Under the pieces are notes generated by a model. It was given only the letters and a program-made list of their open reading frames with translations, ran no database searches and was not told the DNA's origin. 54,514 bases of DNA, taken from an uncultured Bacilli bacterium (lineage in GTDB: Bacteria > Bacillota_I > Bacilli_A > RF39 > UBA660). Shown piece after piece: positions 38,195 through 46,013 of this stretch. The DNA is taken from NCBI GenBank assembly GCA_944331805.1, contig CALVIS010000002.1:1-54514 (forward strand), given 5' to 3'. How positions within the stretch are numbered: the stretch's first letter is position 1; every line of letters begins with the position of its first letter. A program made the position numbers and the translations under genes.

Positions 38195-38913
38195 TCCTTT
38201 TTCCTCCTTATCTCTTCTTCTAATTTATATAATTGTTCTTCCATATTTAATATAAAAAGTTTATTAAATTGAGAGCTAGGTATTATTAAATCTTCTCCAC
38301 TTTGTTTATCTCTAATTATTTTTACATCATCTGTTGCTTTAAGTTCTAACTCTTTAGTAGATTCATTAACATAATAAAGATTGCTTGTTGTGTCGTATGT
38401 ATGCCACAAATAACTTCCTATATATTCAAAAACTTTAGATTCAGGCTCTTTAGATATAAGATAGTTAATTGTTTTGAGTATTTGCGAACTTGTAAATACA
38501 TTATCCTCTTCTTTTTCATTTTTTGCATTCTTTTTAAATTCATTTAATACTTCTATAGCATAATCATTTAAACCCGTTACTTTGTTAACTATTTTCCAAT
38601 CATCTTTGGTACTTTTAAAATTTGATAATCCTAATAAATAATCTGTAGAGACATTAAAATAATTTGCCATCTTAATTATTTTATCAGCATTAGGAATTTG
38701 TTCAGCCTTAACATACGCATTAACACTAGCTTTTCCCAGTTTTAAATCTCTACATAGGTCTGCCTCATTTAGATTTCTTTCGTCTAAACAAAGACATAAT
38801 CTTCGTGCAAACTCAACCATACTAACATTACCTTTAGCATTTTCTAAAGCTTTCTTCTCATCAAATAAATCAATCTTTCTTTCAGTTTTTTCATATTTTC
38901 TTAATTTCGTCAT
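38191..38913 (-). CDS. XRE-family HTH repressor (cI/Stl-like) with a long C-terminal domain lacking a peptidase signature
   Basis: EFARRLCLCLDERNLNEADLCRDLKLGKASVNAYVKAEQIPNADKIIKMANYFNVSTDYLLG. ATGA overlap with the recombinase gene. I see no S24 Ser/Lys motif. Confidence 0.75.
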   Translation of the reverse strand: MTKLRKYEKTERKIDLFDEKKALENAKGNVSMVEFARRLCLCLDERNLNEADLCRDLKLGKASVNAYVKAEQIPNADKIIKMANYFNVSTDYLLGLSNFKSTKDDWKIVNKVTGLNDYAIEVLNEFKKNAKNEKEEDNVFTSSQILKTINYLISKEPESKVFEYIGSYLWHTYDTTSNLYYVNESTKELELKATDDVKIIRDKQSGEDLIIPSSQFNKLFILNMEEQLYKLEEEIRRKKE

Positions 38914-38925
38914 TTTACACCTCAT

Positions 38926-39109
38926 TCCTTCCTACGAATTTTTTTATTGTTTTCTAGCCATTTTAACCAAGTAACGAATTATTTACAAAATAGCAAATTT
39001 TAATGTTATTATGGTGGTGTCGTTGTTGAAGAACGGCGAAAAATTTTCGTTCGTTAAAGCAAATATATCATTTGATGTTGTTGTTGTCAAGATATAAAAG
39101 GAGGAGTAT
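38926..39109. promoter_or_regulatory. Divergent control region between the repressor and the Cro-like gene
   Basis: Near-palindrome cgaaaaattttcg (39037-39049). ACGAATT recurs at 38934-38940 and 38974-38980, and inverted TTCGT copies lie at 39046-39055. Confidence 0.5.
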
Positions 39110-39298
39110 ATGAAAAAAGCAAATAACGATATCAGAGAAGCTATAAACAAAGCTAATCTGAAGTATTATCAAGTAGCTAAAGCTTATGGACTATCAGATA
39201 GTAATTTTACTAAATTACTTCGATTCGAATTAAGCAATGATAAAAAAGAAAAAATACTAAAAATTATTAAGCAACTAGAAAAGTCAAATCACATTTAG
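39110..39298 (+). CDS. Small Cro-like HTH protein
   Basis: 62 aa; LKYYQVAKAYGLSDSNFTKLLR HTH-like segment. Strong SD AAAGGAGGAG. Divergent from the repressor. Confidence 0.6.
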   Translation: MKKANNDIREAINKANLKYYQVAKAYGLSDSNFTKLLRFELSNDKKEKILKIIKQLEKSNHI

Positions 39299-39324
39299 AA
39301 ATTTAGAAGGGAGATGTTTCTAAT

Positions 39325-39468
39325 ATGCTTAGTGAAAAACAAATTAAACAAATAGCTAAAGAAATTGTAAATGATATTGATAAGTTTGTTAGAGAACATC
39401 AAACTCAATATGATTTATTTCTTAAGGAGGTAGAAAAGAAAAATCATGCTAACAAAAACAAAATATAA
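39325..39468 (+). CDS. Small ORF (47 aa), unknown function (possible excision/directionality or regulatory factor)
   Basis: Below the track cutoff. ATG 39325 follows AGAAGGGAG. Reads MLSEKQIKQIAKEIVNDIDKFVREHQTQYDLFLKEVEKKNHANKNKI. Confidence 0.35.
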   Translation: MLSEKQIKQIAKEIVNDIDKFVREHQTQYDLFLKEVEKKNHANKNKI

Positions 39469-39835
39469 AAATAAGAAAGTAATAGTAGATGGAATTTTAT
39501 TTGATAGTAAATTAGAAGCTGAAAGATATAAGCAACTAAAAGAGCTAGAGCAAAAGGGAGTAATAAAAAACTTGCAATTACAAAAGAATTTTGAATTAAT
39601 TCCAAAATTTAAAAAAAGAGGTAAAGTATATCGAAAAACGTCATATAGAGCTGATTTTACTTACACTATTGTAGCAACTGATGAAACTATAGTAGAAGAT
39701 ACTAAAGGTTTTAAAACAGACGTTTACTTATTAAAGAAAAAACTATTCGAATATAAATTCCCTAATTTAGAAATTAAAGAGGTGCAAAATGAAAAAAAGC
39801 AATCAAAAAAATACAGTTTTAGATATAGAAGATAA
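39446..39835 (+). CDS. DUF1064 phage protein (nuclease-fold)
   Basis: KYKNKKVIVDGILFDSKLEAERYKQLKELEQKGVIKNLQLQ...YRADFTY...EDTKG is the DUF1064 pattern. Confidence 0.7.
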   Translation: MLTKTKYKNKKVIVDGILFDSKLEAERYKQLKELEQKGVIKNLQLQKNFELIPKFKKRGKVYRKTSYRADFTYTIVATDETIVEDTKGFKTDVYLLKKKLFEYKFPNLEIKEVQNEKKQSKKYSFRYRR

Positions 39836-40091
39836 TTCATTTGAAATTATTCCTCAATTAGGTGGAATTATAGTTTACCCACATTTAGAAAGTCCCATTA
39901 CAATAAGTTACAATGCTTGGAAAAAAGTTTATGAATATATAACTGAACAAGAAGAGAATGAATATTTAATGTTTATTGATAAAGAAAAAAGGGAAGTAGA
40001 AGAGGAAGAAGAATCAAAACAATTTAGTAGCCCTCAAACTGTACACGTTACGTATGAGGCTGATGAAAAAACATTAGAAGAAGAGGAATGA
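39789..40091 (+). CDS. Hypothetical acidic protein
   Basis: 100 aa, SD AAAGAGGTG, E-rich C-terminus. Confidence 0.5.
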   Translation: MKKSNQKNTVLDIEDNSFEIIPQLGGIIVYPHLESPITISYNAWKKVYEYITEQEENEYLMFIDKEKREVEEEEESKQFSSPQTVHVTYEADEKTLEEEE

Positions 40092-40095
40092 TAAA

Positions 40096-41931
40096 ATGTT
40101 AAAATTTATAGAATTAAATGCAGATAAATCCCCAAAGACCAATTTTAGTATTACTTATTCTAATCTAGACAGGTTAGAAAATGCTGGACTCCTTTTAAAT
40201 AGGAATACTGTTATTGTGGATTTTGATAATGATAATTTTGAAGAACAAAGAATCATTAACTATTTTATCCAAAACTTTCCTACTCTTAGTGTAGAGACAG
40301 ATAGAGGGATTCATTTATATTATTCTATCCCCAAAAATATCAACATTAAAAAAAGAGCTGATTTAATAACAGTAGGAGGTTTTCAAGTTGATTATTTAAC
40401 AGGAGATAAAGCTTATGCTATTGTTAAAAGAAGAGGAGTTCAACGTAAAACTAACCAGCCTTTAACACTAGATAATTTACCAGAATTACCAGTTTTATTA
40501 TATCCACTTTTTAAGCAAAAAAATTTACTTAGTGGTATGGTAAAAGGAGACGGAAGAAATGAAGCACTATTTCATCATTTACGTTATGTTCTAGAAGAAT
40601 ATAAAACGGTAAAAATAGAGGGACTTGGAGATTTTATTAATAGTAATGTTTTTAAAGAACCCTTATCATTAAAGGAATTAAATAATATTATAAATAGTGT
40701 TCCTAACTATGTCGATTTAGAAAAAGCATATACAGGTAATCCAAAAGATATGATTGCTTTTGCAAAATTCATGGTTAAGATACTCGATATAAAATACTAT
40801 AATAATCTTCTATATTTTAAAGATGATTTAAAGTATAGTACAAACCAAATTAAATTAAAAAGATTAATGGCTCAATATCTAGAGCTTAAAACTACTCAAG
40901 ATAATGAAGCTATAAATCAAATGTATAAATATGCCAATTTTATTGAAAATGGCAGTGATAATTTTTATGTAAAAATAAGAAATGGGATTATTGTAGAAGA
41001 TAAAGTAATAAATCAAGATTGTGGCTTTACACCTTTTTATTTAGATATAGAGTATAATCCTATGGCTTATGATGAAAATGTAGATAAATTTTTAAATTTT
41101 ATATGTCTTGATGATAAGCAATTAAGGATAGTTATAGAAGAATTATTAGGTCATTGTCTTATGATTGATAGATTTCCCCATAAAATGTTTTTTCTTATAG
41201 GAAAAGGAGCTAATGGTAAATCAACCTTTGTAGAGATGATTACTAAATGGACTGGAGAACTATCTAGTCATATTGATATAGCCAATTTTGATGATAGTAC
41301 AAGTATCGCTTCTCTCATTGGAAAACTAGTAAATATTGCAGATGATGTTGACGCAATTTATTTTGAAAAGTCAAAAAATTTAAAGACAATGGCTAGTGGA
41401 AATACAATAGGTGCAAGACCTATTTATTCACAGCCCATTACATTTAAAAATTCTGCGACCTTAATTTTTACGGCCAACGAGCCTCCTACCTTCAAAGATA
41501 AATCTGATGGAATTATCAGAAGGCTAATGGTTATTCCTTTTAGGAATAAAGTAAAAAGAAAGATTTATAACCTTGAGGAATTATTAAGTACAGATAATGC
41601 CAAAAGTTATTTACTTAATTTAGCTCTAAAAGGATTAAAACGTCTATATGACAATGGACTAGAATTTAGTGAGTGTAAAGTTATAAGTGAATCAACTAAA
41701 GAGTACCAATTAGAGAATGATACTGTACTTTCATTTTTAAATGATTATGCTCACAGTATCGAAAATAAAGAAATTGCTTCAATATATTCTCAGTATATTT
41801 CTTACACCGAGAGTATGAAGCAAAAACCTCTAAGCAAAAATAAATTTACTCGTAGGCTTAAAGAAATAGGCTATACAACAAAAGTTAAGAACATAAATGG
41901 TTATAGTGTAAGAATCTATATAAAAGAATAA
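40096..41931 (+). CDS. Prim-Pol / P4-D5-type primase-helicase (replication initiator)
   Basis: N-terminal VIVDFDND...DRGIHLYY (Prim-Pol DxD and sGxH motifs). Central Walker A FFLIGKGANGKSTF and Walker B NIADDV (SF3 helicase). C-terminal winged-helix-like tail. Confidence 0.85.
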   Translation: MLKFIELNADKSPKTNFSITYSNLDRLENAGLLLNRNTVIVDFDNDNFEEQRIINYFIQNFPTLSVETDRGIHLYYSIPKNINIKKRADLITVGGFQVDYLTGDKAYAIVKRRGVQRKTNQPLTLDNLPELPVLLYPLFKQKNLLSGMVKGDGRNEALFHHLRYVLEEYKTVKIEGLGDFINSNVFKEPLSLKELNNIINSVPNYVDLEKAYTGNPKDMIAFAKFMVKILDIKYYNNLLYFKDDLKYSTNQIKLKRLMAQYLELKTTQDNEAINQMYKYANFIENGSDNFYVKIRNGIIVEDKVINQDCGFTPFYLDIEYNPMAYDENVDKFLNFICLDDKQLRIVIEELLGHCLMIDRFPHKMFFLIGKGANGKSTFVEMITKWTGELSSHIDIANFDDSTSIASLIGKLVNIADDVDAIYFEKSKNLKTMASGNTIGARPIYSQPITFKNSATLIFTANEPPTFKDKSDGIIRRLMVIPFRNKVKRKIYNLEELLSTDNAKSYLLNLALKGLKRLYDNGLEFSECKVISESTKEYQLENDTVLSFLNDYAHSIENKEIASIYSQYISYTESMKQKPLSKNKFTRRLKEIGYTTKVKNINGYSVRIYIKE

Positions 41932-42041
41932 ATTACCTTTTATTACAAAACATAAATTATTAAGTAATCAATTAAATCCATATAAACTCATATTAAAAAG
42001 ATAATAATTACAAAATTACTATATTTATTTAATTTAATAAT

Positions 42042-42106
42042 AAAAATAAATAAATATAAATAAATAAATAAATAAATATAAATAAATAAATAAATAAATA
42101 AATAAA
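42042..42106. repeat. (AAAT)n microsatellite, 14 units in blocks of 3, 5 and 6 separated by AT
   Basis: Parsed directly: aa(aaat)3 at (aaat)5 at (aaat)6 aaag. Lies in the gap downstream of the primase gene (stop at 41931). Confidence 0.9.
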
Positions 42107-42120
42107 GAGTATCTCTAAAA

Positions 42121-42141
42121 ATATGTAATATGTAATATGTA
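42121..42141. repeat. Three tandem ATATGTA heptamers
   Basis: atatgta atatgta atatgta, 16 nt before ATG 42158. Confidence 0.9.
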
Positions 42142-42157
42142 ATTTTGAGGAGGAAAA

Positions 42158-42484
42158 ATGGAAGAAGAATATATTAAAAGATTTATTTTATCTAACAACA
42201 GTCCAATAATTTTTGAAAGCTCATTTCAAAGCTATTATACACAGTATGTACTCTACGTAAAGAGCGAAGGAGTCAAGCCAGTAAGTAAAAATAGATTCAG
42301 TCGTTATTTAAGAAAATATGGTTTTGAAACAAAAGTTGTCCGTAATCAAAATAGTAGATTGTGCGAAAGAGTTATAACAATGCCTACAAATATATTATTA
42401 CTTTGGAATGCTATAAGTAATAGAAAGCTAAAGGAGGAAAATGATGAAACAAAAACACGCACTACAAATAACGTTTCTTTATGA
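42158..42484 (+). CDS. Small protein resembling the C-terminal domain of the adjacent primase
   Basis: FQSYYTQYVLYVKSEGVKPVSKNRFSRYLRKYGFETKVV compares with primase residues IYSQYISYTESMKQKPLSKNKFTRRLKEIGYTTKVK. Confidence 0.6.
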   Translation: MEEEYIKRFILSNNSPIIFESSFQSYYTQYVLYVKSEGVKPVSKNRFSRYLRKYGFETKVVRNQNSRLCERVITMPTNILLLWNAISNRKLKEENDETKTRTTNNVSL

Positions 42485-42653
42485 AACTGTAGAAGGAAAA
42501 TGGGGATTTAAAACTATTACCATAAACCTTGAAGAAAAATATAAAAATAGAAAAAAGTTTAGCACTCGCCAATTAAATCAGTTAATTAAAGAACAGCTAA
42601 ACCTAAAGACTGTATGTATTTCAAACATTACCCACATTTATAAGAACACGTAA
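42441..42653 (+). CDS. Hypothetical small protein
   Basis: 70 aa, SD AAGGAGG, overlaps the upstream gene. Confidence 0.45.
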   Translation: MMKQKHALQITFLYETVEGKWGFKTITINLEEKYKNRKKFSTRQLNQLIKEQLNLKTVCISNITHIYKNT

Positions 42654-42666
42654 CACGTAACAAAAT

Positions 42667-42698
42667 AGGAAGAGCTAATATTAGATTCTCTTCCTTTT
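42667..42698. terminator. Bidirectional terminator between convergent modules
   Basis: aggaagag-(13 nt)-ctcttcct. Confidence 0.55.
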
Positions 42699-42700
42699 AC

Positions 42701-43492
42701 TTATATTTGAGTTATAGTTATCTGTTTTGCTCCAAAAGGTATAAAAGAATTATAATCTTTTACTATAACATCATCTACTTTTATCTCATATAAACAAAAT
42801 TCCTCTACATAGTCATTATAAGACATTCCAGTATTAGCTAATTGATTGTTCATATCACTAGGTAATATAGCCCAAATATTATCACTCCAATTAATTATTT
42901 TATGGTTATCATCAATATAATCATTCAATGTACTAAAAACAGGGTCTAACGGCCTATATGAGATATTACTTGTATTATTATTAAAAACAAGTTGAGTTGA
43001 TTCATCTATTGGATATTCTTCTAAATTACCTAAATTATCTATTTCTATATATCTATATGTATTATCATCAGAATTAGAATTTATATCACTTACATAACTA
43101 CATTTAAAAGTATCCTCATTCTCAATAGAACATTCACTAAAAGCTTCTCCATCAAGAGATAAAGAAAAGCCATCTTCATTTTCTGTAAATTCATAGTGAT
43201 TAGTCATATCAACATCATTATAATATTGATTATTAGCTTTAGTTACTACATAGAAAGTATTATCATCTGTAAAACAATATAGTTCTTTACCATATAGTAT
43301 ATCTTCCGTTAATTCATCAGGATTTTGTCCAGTATAATAACAACGGTTTGATAGCCTTGTTATATCTCTAAAATCTTCTATTTCTTCACTATTTTCATCA
43401 GCTAAAATAGTAATAAAAGTAGAAAAGCCAAAAAATATAATAACAAGCAATATCCATATTTTTGTTTTATTTTTTATATTATCTTTTTTCAT
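42701..43492 (-). CDS. Cargo protein 4: N-terminally anchored extracytoplasmic protein, unknown family
   Basis: TM segment IWILLVIIFFGFSTFITILA, then an acidic/aromatic-rich domain of about 220 aa. SD AAGGAAG. Confidence 0.6.
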   Translation of the reverse strand: MKKDNIKNKTKIWILLVIIFFGFSTFITILADENSEEIEDFRDITRLSNRCYYTGQNPDELTEDILYGKELYCFTDDNTFYVVTKANNQYYNDVDMTNHYEFTENEDGFSLSLDGEAFSECSIENEDTFKCSYVSDINSNSDDNTYRYIEIDNLGNLEEYPIDESTQLVFNNNTSNISYRPLDPVFSTLNDYIDDNHKIINWSDNIWAILPSDMNNQLANTGMSYNDYVEEFCLYEIKVDDVIVKDYNSFIPFGAKQITITQI

Positions 43493-43524
43493 ATTAAACT
43501 TCCTTTTCTTATACTTTATATCTA

Positions 43525-44406
43525 CTAATATTCTAAAGATAAAAGTAATTGTTCAGATTCTTTTGCAATGCCCCAAAGATTTTCATATTCATATTGAACT
43601 GAGGTCTCAAATAGCAAACTAGTAACATTTCTCACATTTGTATTTCTTAAAAATCTTTCTTCACAATAATTATTACCAGAGCATGGACTATAATCATATA
43701 TTACCGTATATCCACTTTCTTCTCCTCCAGCATAGGCTGTACATAGTTTTATAGAACTACCATCATAAAACCTATACAATGTTCCAGAAGGGAAAGAAGA
43801 ATCTAACTGCATTTGATAATCATAGCCATTTTGTGTTAATAATTCTTGGAATTTTTCAGTAGGACTAAATCTTATCCTACCATAAGGGGATTTATCAACA
43901 CCTATAGCTTTATCAAAAAAATCATAATAACTATCTAATTTTTTTAAAGATATTTCTTGATTATATGTATCTACAGTATCTATTTTTGTGAGACTTGTTA
44001 TATCATTATATTCAAAACTAAATGTATCATTACAAAATTCATTATAATAATTATGAGTAAAAGAATCTCTTATTTGTTCACTACTAATATGATTTTCTTC
44101 AACATCAATTAACATTTTGCAATTTAAATCTTTTGTATATTCATTAGAGTAATCTAAGTCAACATATAATTTTGTTAATTTATTATCAGCTTCACTATAT
44201 GACAAATTAGCTATTTGAACATCAGTTATCTCAGTCTTACTACTAGAAAAAAGCGAATTGTAAGAATATAATGCCACATACTCCTCAACTATTGAATCTA
44301 TTTCTTTAACATATAAAGCACTGTCATTATTACTATCATCAGTACACCCAGTTAAACTTATCGCTCCAACACTTAGTAAGAAAAGAATTAAAAGCTTTCT
44401 TCTCAT
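43525..44406 (-). CDS. Cargo protein 3: lipoprotein, unknown family
   Basis: Signal peptide + lipobox SLTGC. SD GGGAGGAG. Confidence 0.65.
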   Translation of the reverse strand: MRRKLLILFLLSVGAISLTGCTDDSNNDSALYVKEIDSIVEEYVALYSYNSLFSSSKTEITDVQIANLSYSEADNKLTKLYVDLDYSNEYTKDLNCKMLIDVEENHISSEQIRDSFTHNYYNEFCNDTFSFEYNDITSLTKIDTVDTYNQEISLKKLDSYYDFFDKAIGVDKSPYGRIRFSPTEKFQELLTQNGYDYQMQLDSSFPSGTLYRFYDGSSIKLCTAYAGGEESGYTVIYDYSPCSGNNYCEERFLRNTNVRNVTSLLFETSVQYEYENLWGIAKESEQLLLSLEY

Positions 44407-44440
44407 ACCAAATTACTCCTCCCATCTTTTAATTTATCTT

Positions 44441-45130
44441 TTAAGAATGTTTATTTATCTTATTTTTCATTTCTATTAGTACATTATAAACATCTTGTCC
44501 AAATACCCCGACATATATTTCTTGTCCATCTGTTAATAAAACAGATACATTATATACAGTTATAGTTTTATCTTTTTCAGTCATAAGATTTTCTTTAACA
44601 AGTAATTCCTTAACTTCACTCAATTTATATGTTTTTTCTATTAATTTTTCATCTTTCTTTGTAAAACTAAAATAAATTAGCTCTTTATCTTTTATGATTA
44701 AATATGTAAAGTCTAAATAATAAAACTTTTTTAAATATATTCCTATATTTTCATTTAACATTTCATCTAATTCTTTTAATTTATTAGTTAAATCATATTT
44801 TTTAACAATCTCATTTCTCTTTTTATTACGATTAAATGAGATTAGTAAAATAATTCCCCAAATAATAAACCATATAATATATTGAGATGTTGGTAAACCC
44901 GGAAAACTCCAAGGTAATTCGGGATATATCATTACCAAAAAGTTATAAATTAACTCTATTAAACATACAAAACTACTTACAAAGCCAAATACCCACTTTA
45001 AAACAAACATCATAATAAAATCAACAATAAAGCTTATAATAGTATTTCTAAAATTAATTGTTAATAAATCTAATATAAGTCCTACAATAATAACCCAAAT
45101 AACCGTTACAATAACCGTTAATATATCCAT
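44441..45130 (-). CDS. Cargo protein 2: polytopic membrane protein with soluble C-terminal domain, unknown family
   Basis: About four hydrophobic helices in the first ~100 aa, then NRNKKRNE and a beta-rich domain of about 120 aa. SD GAGAGGAG. Confidence 0.6.
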   Translation of the reverse strand: MDILTVIVTVIWVIIVGLILDLLTINFRNTIISFIVDFIMMFVLKWVFGFVSSFVCLIELIYNFLVMIYPELPWSFPGLPTSQYIIWFIIWGIILLISFNRNKKRNEIVKKYDLTNKLKELDEMLNENIGIYLKKFYYLDFTYLIIKDKELIYFSFTKKDEKLIEKTYKLSEVKELLVKENLMTEKDKTITVYNVSVLLTDGQEIYVGVFGQDVYNVLIEMKNKINKHS

Positions 45131-45178
45131 ACAATACTCCTCTCTTCATATACTAACTATCCAATATTTATAAATTGT

Positions 45179-45535
45179 TTAGTCTCTCAATATGTCTAAT
45201 ACTACATCTTTATCACTATCTGCATATCTATAATAAGAATCCCCATCTGCTGACTCTAAGTAACCAAACCATATTGTTTCTGAATCATAATAATTGATTA
45301 GTTCATCATGAGTCGTTGTACATTCAACTAAAATAATACCATCATCTTCTTGAGAATTTGCTATACAGCTAAGTTCAGATTTTGTAGGAGTATCAAAAGC
45401 TTGTTCAGAAATATATTCTAAAGCAGCTTCTTCAGAATTCCATTTATCTACTTCTGCTATTTCATTTTCATTACCACAGCCTGTAACACCTATTAATATA
45501 CATACTAGAATAGAAAAGAAACATAGTTTTTTCAT
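45179..45535 (-). CDS. Cargo protein 1: small lipoprotein, unknown family
   Basis: MKKLCFFSILVCILIGVTGCGNE (lipobox). ATG 45535 follows AAAGGAG. I reject the track extension to 45592. Confidence 0.6.
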   Translation of the reverse strand: MKKLCFFSILVCILIGVTGCGNENEIAEVDKWNSEEAALEYISEQAFDTPTKSELSCIANSQEDDGIILVECTTTHDELINYYDSETIWFGYLESADGDSYYRYADSDKDVVLDILRD

Positions 45536-45592
45536 TTCCAAATTTCTCCTTTCTAAAAAATAAACCCTTGAAACTTTTATAATCCATACCAC

Positions 45593-45701
45593 ACTCCTAT
45601 CTCTCTTATATTAACTATTATATATTATTGCAATACATTTTGCAATGCATACTTTTTGTGCATTTTACAATACGATAAATATGTACAGGAGGTAATACAA
45701 A
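45593..45701. promoter_or_regulatory. Divergent control region with TGCA-centred palindromes
   Basis: Perfect palindrome tattgcaata (45626-45635), followed by ttgcaatgcat, gtgcatt and ttacaatac. Confidence 0.45.
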
Positions 45702-45890
45702 ATGTCTTTTCAAATTAAACCATACAAAAAAGAAACAGAAAACAAGACTATAAGGTTTCCTATTACACTAATCGCTAGAATAGAAAAAGCTATTAAGAAT
45801 AAAGATATTACTTTTTCTAGATTTGTTATTCAAGCTTGTGAGTATGCTCTAGATAATATGGAAACCGATAAAAAAGACAAATCCCACTAA
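45702..45890 (+). CDS. Ribbon-helix-helix (CopG/Arc-like) DNA-binding protein
   Basis: KTIRFPITLIARIEKAIKNKDITFSRFVIQACEYAL fits the beta-strand + two-helix RHH pattern. Confidence 0.6.
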   Translation: MSFQIKPYKKETENKTIRFPITLIARIEKAIKNKDITFSRFVIQACEYALDNMETDKKDKSH

Positions 45891-45906
45891 TTATAATTTA
45901 CATAAT

Positions 45907-45941
45907 AAAAACGATTAAGTATCTTGCCTAACCGTTTTTTT
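45907..45941 (+). terminator. Imperfect intrinsic terminator after the RHH gene
   Basis: aaaacgattaag...ctaaccgtttt followed by a T run. Confidence 0.45.
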
Positions 45942-46013
45942 CTTTGAAATATTTAATTTTATATTAACTACGAAACCTCCTACAAAGTATAAAAAGTTCG
46001 TTTTATTTTCTAA

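Larger units (their letters stand above)
36631..46013. mobile_element. Integrated phage-satellite-like (PICI-like) element adjacent to the ssrA 3' end; exact ends not defined
   Basis: Gene order is serine recombinase, XRE repressor, divergent Cro-like HTH, DUF1064, primase-helicase, AT-rich iterons, then cargo on the opposite strand. It is bounded by the integrase remnant and ssrA. I could recognise no structural, terminase or lysis genes. Confidence 0.6.

Noticed and set aside
42042-42141. Possible CRISPR array or minisatellite-coded peptide
   Set aside because: The units are 4 and 7 nt with no spacers and no cas genes. It is better explained as an ori-type AT-rich repeat.
45968-45975. TACGAAAC shared with the 19-nt repeat core, 38 nt from ssrA, as a candidate attR of the element
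   Set aside because: An 8-mer shared between two ~100-bp boundary regions is expected by chance in this composition. I keep it only as a place to look when comparative data are available.
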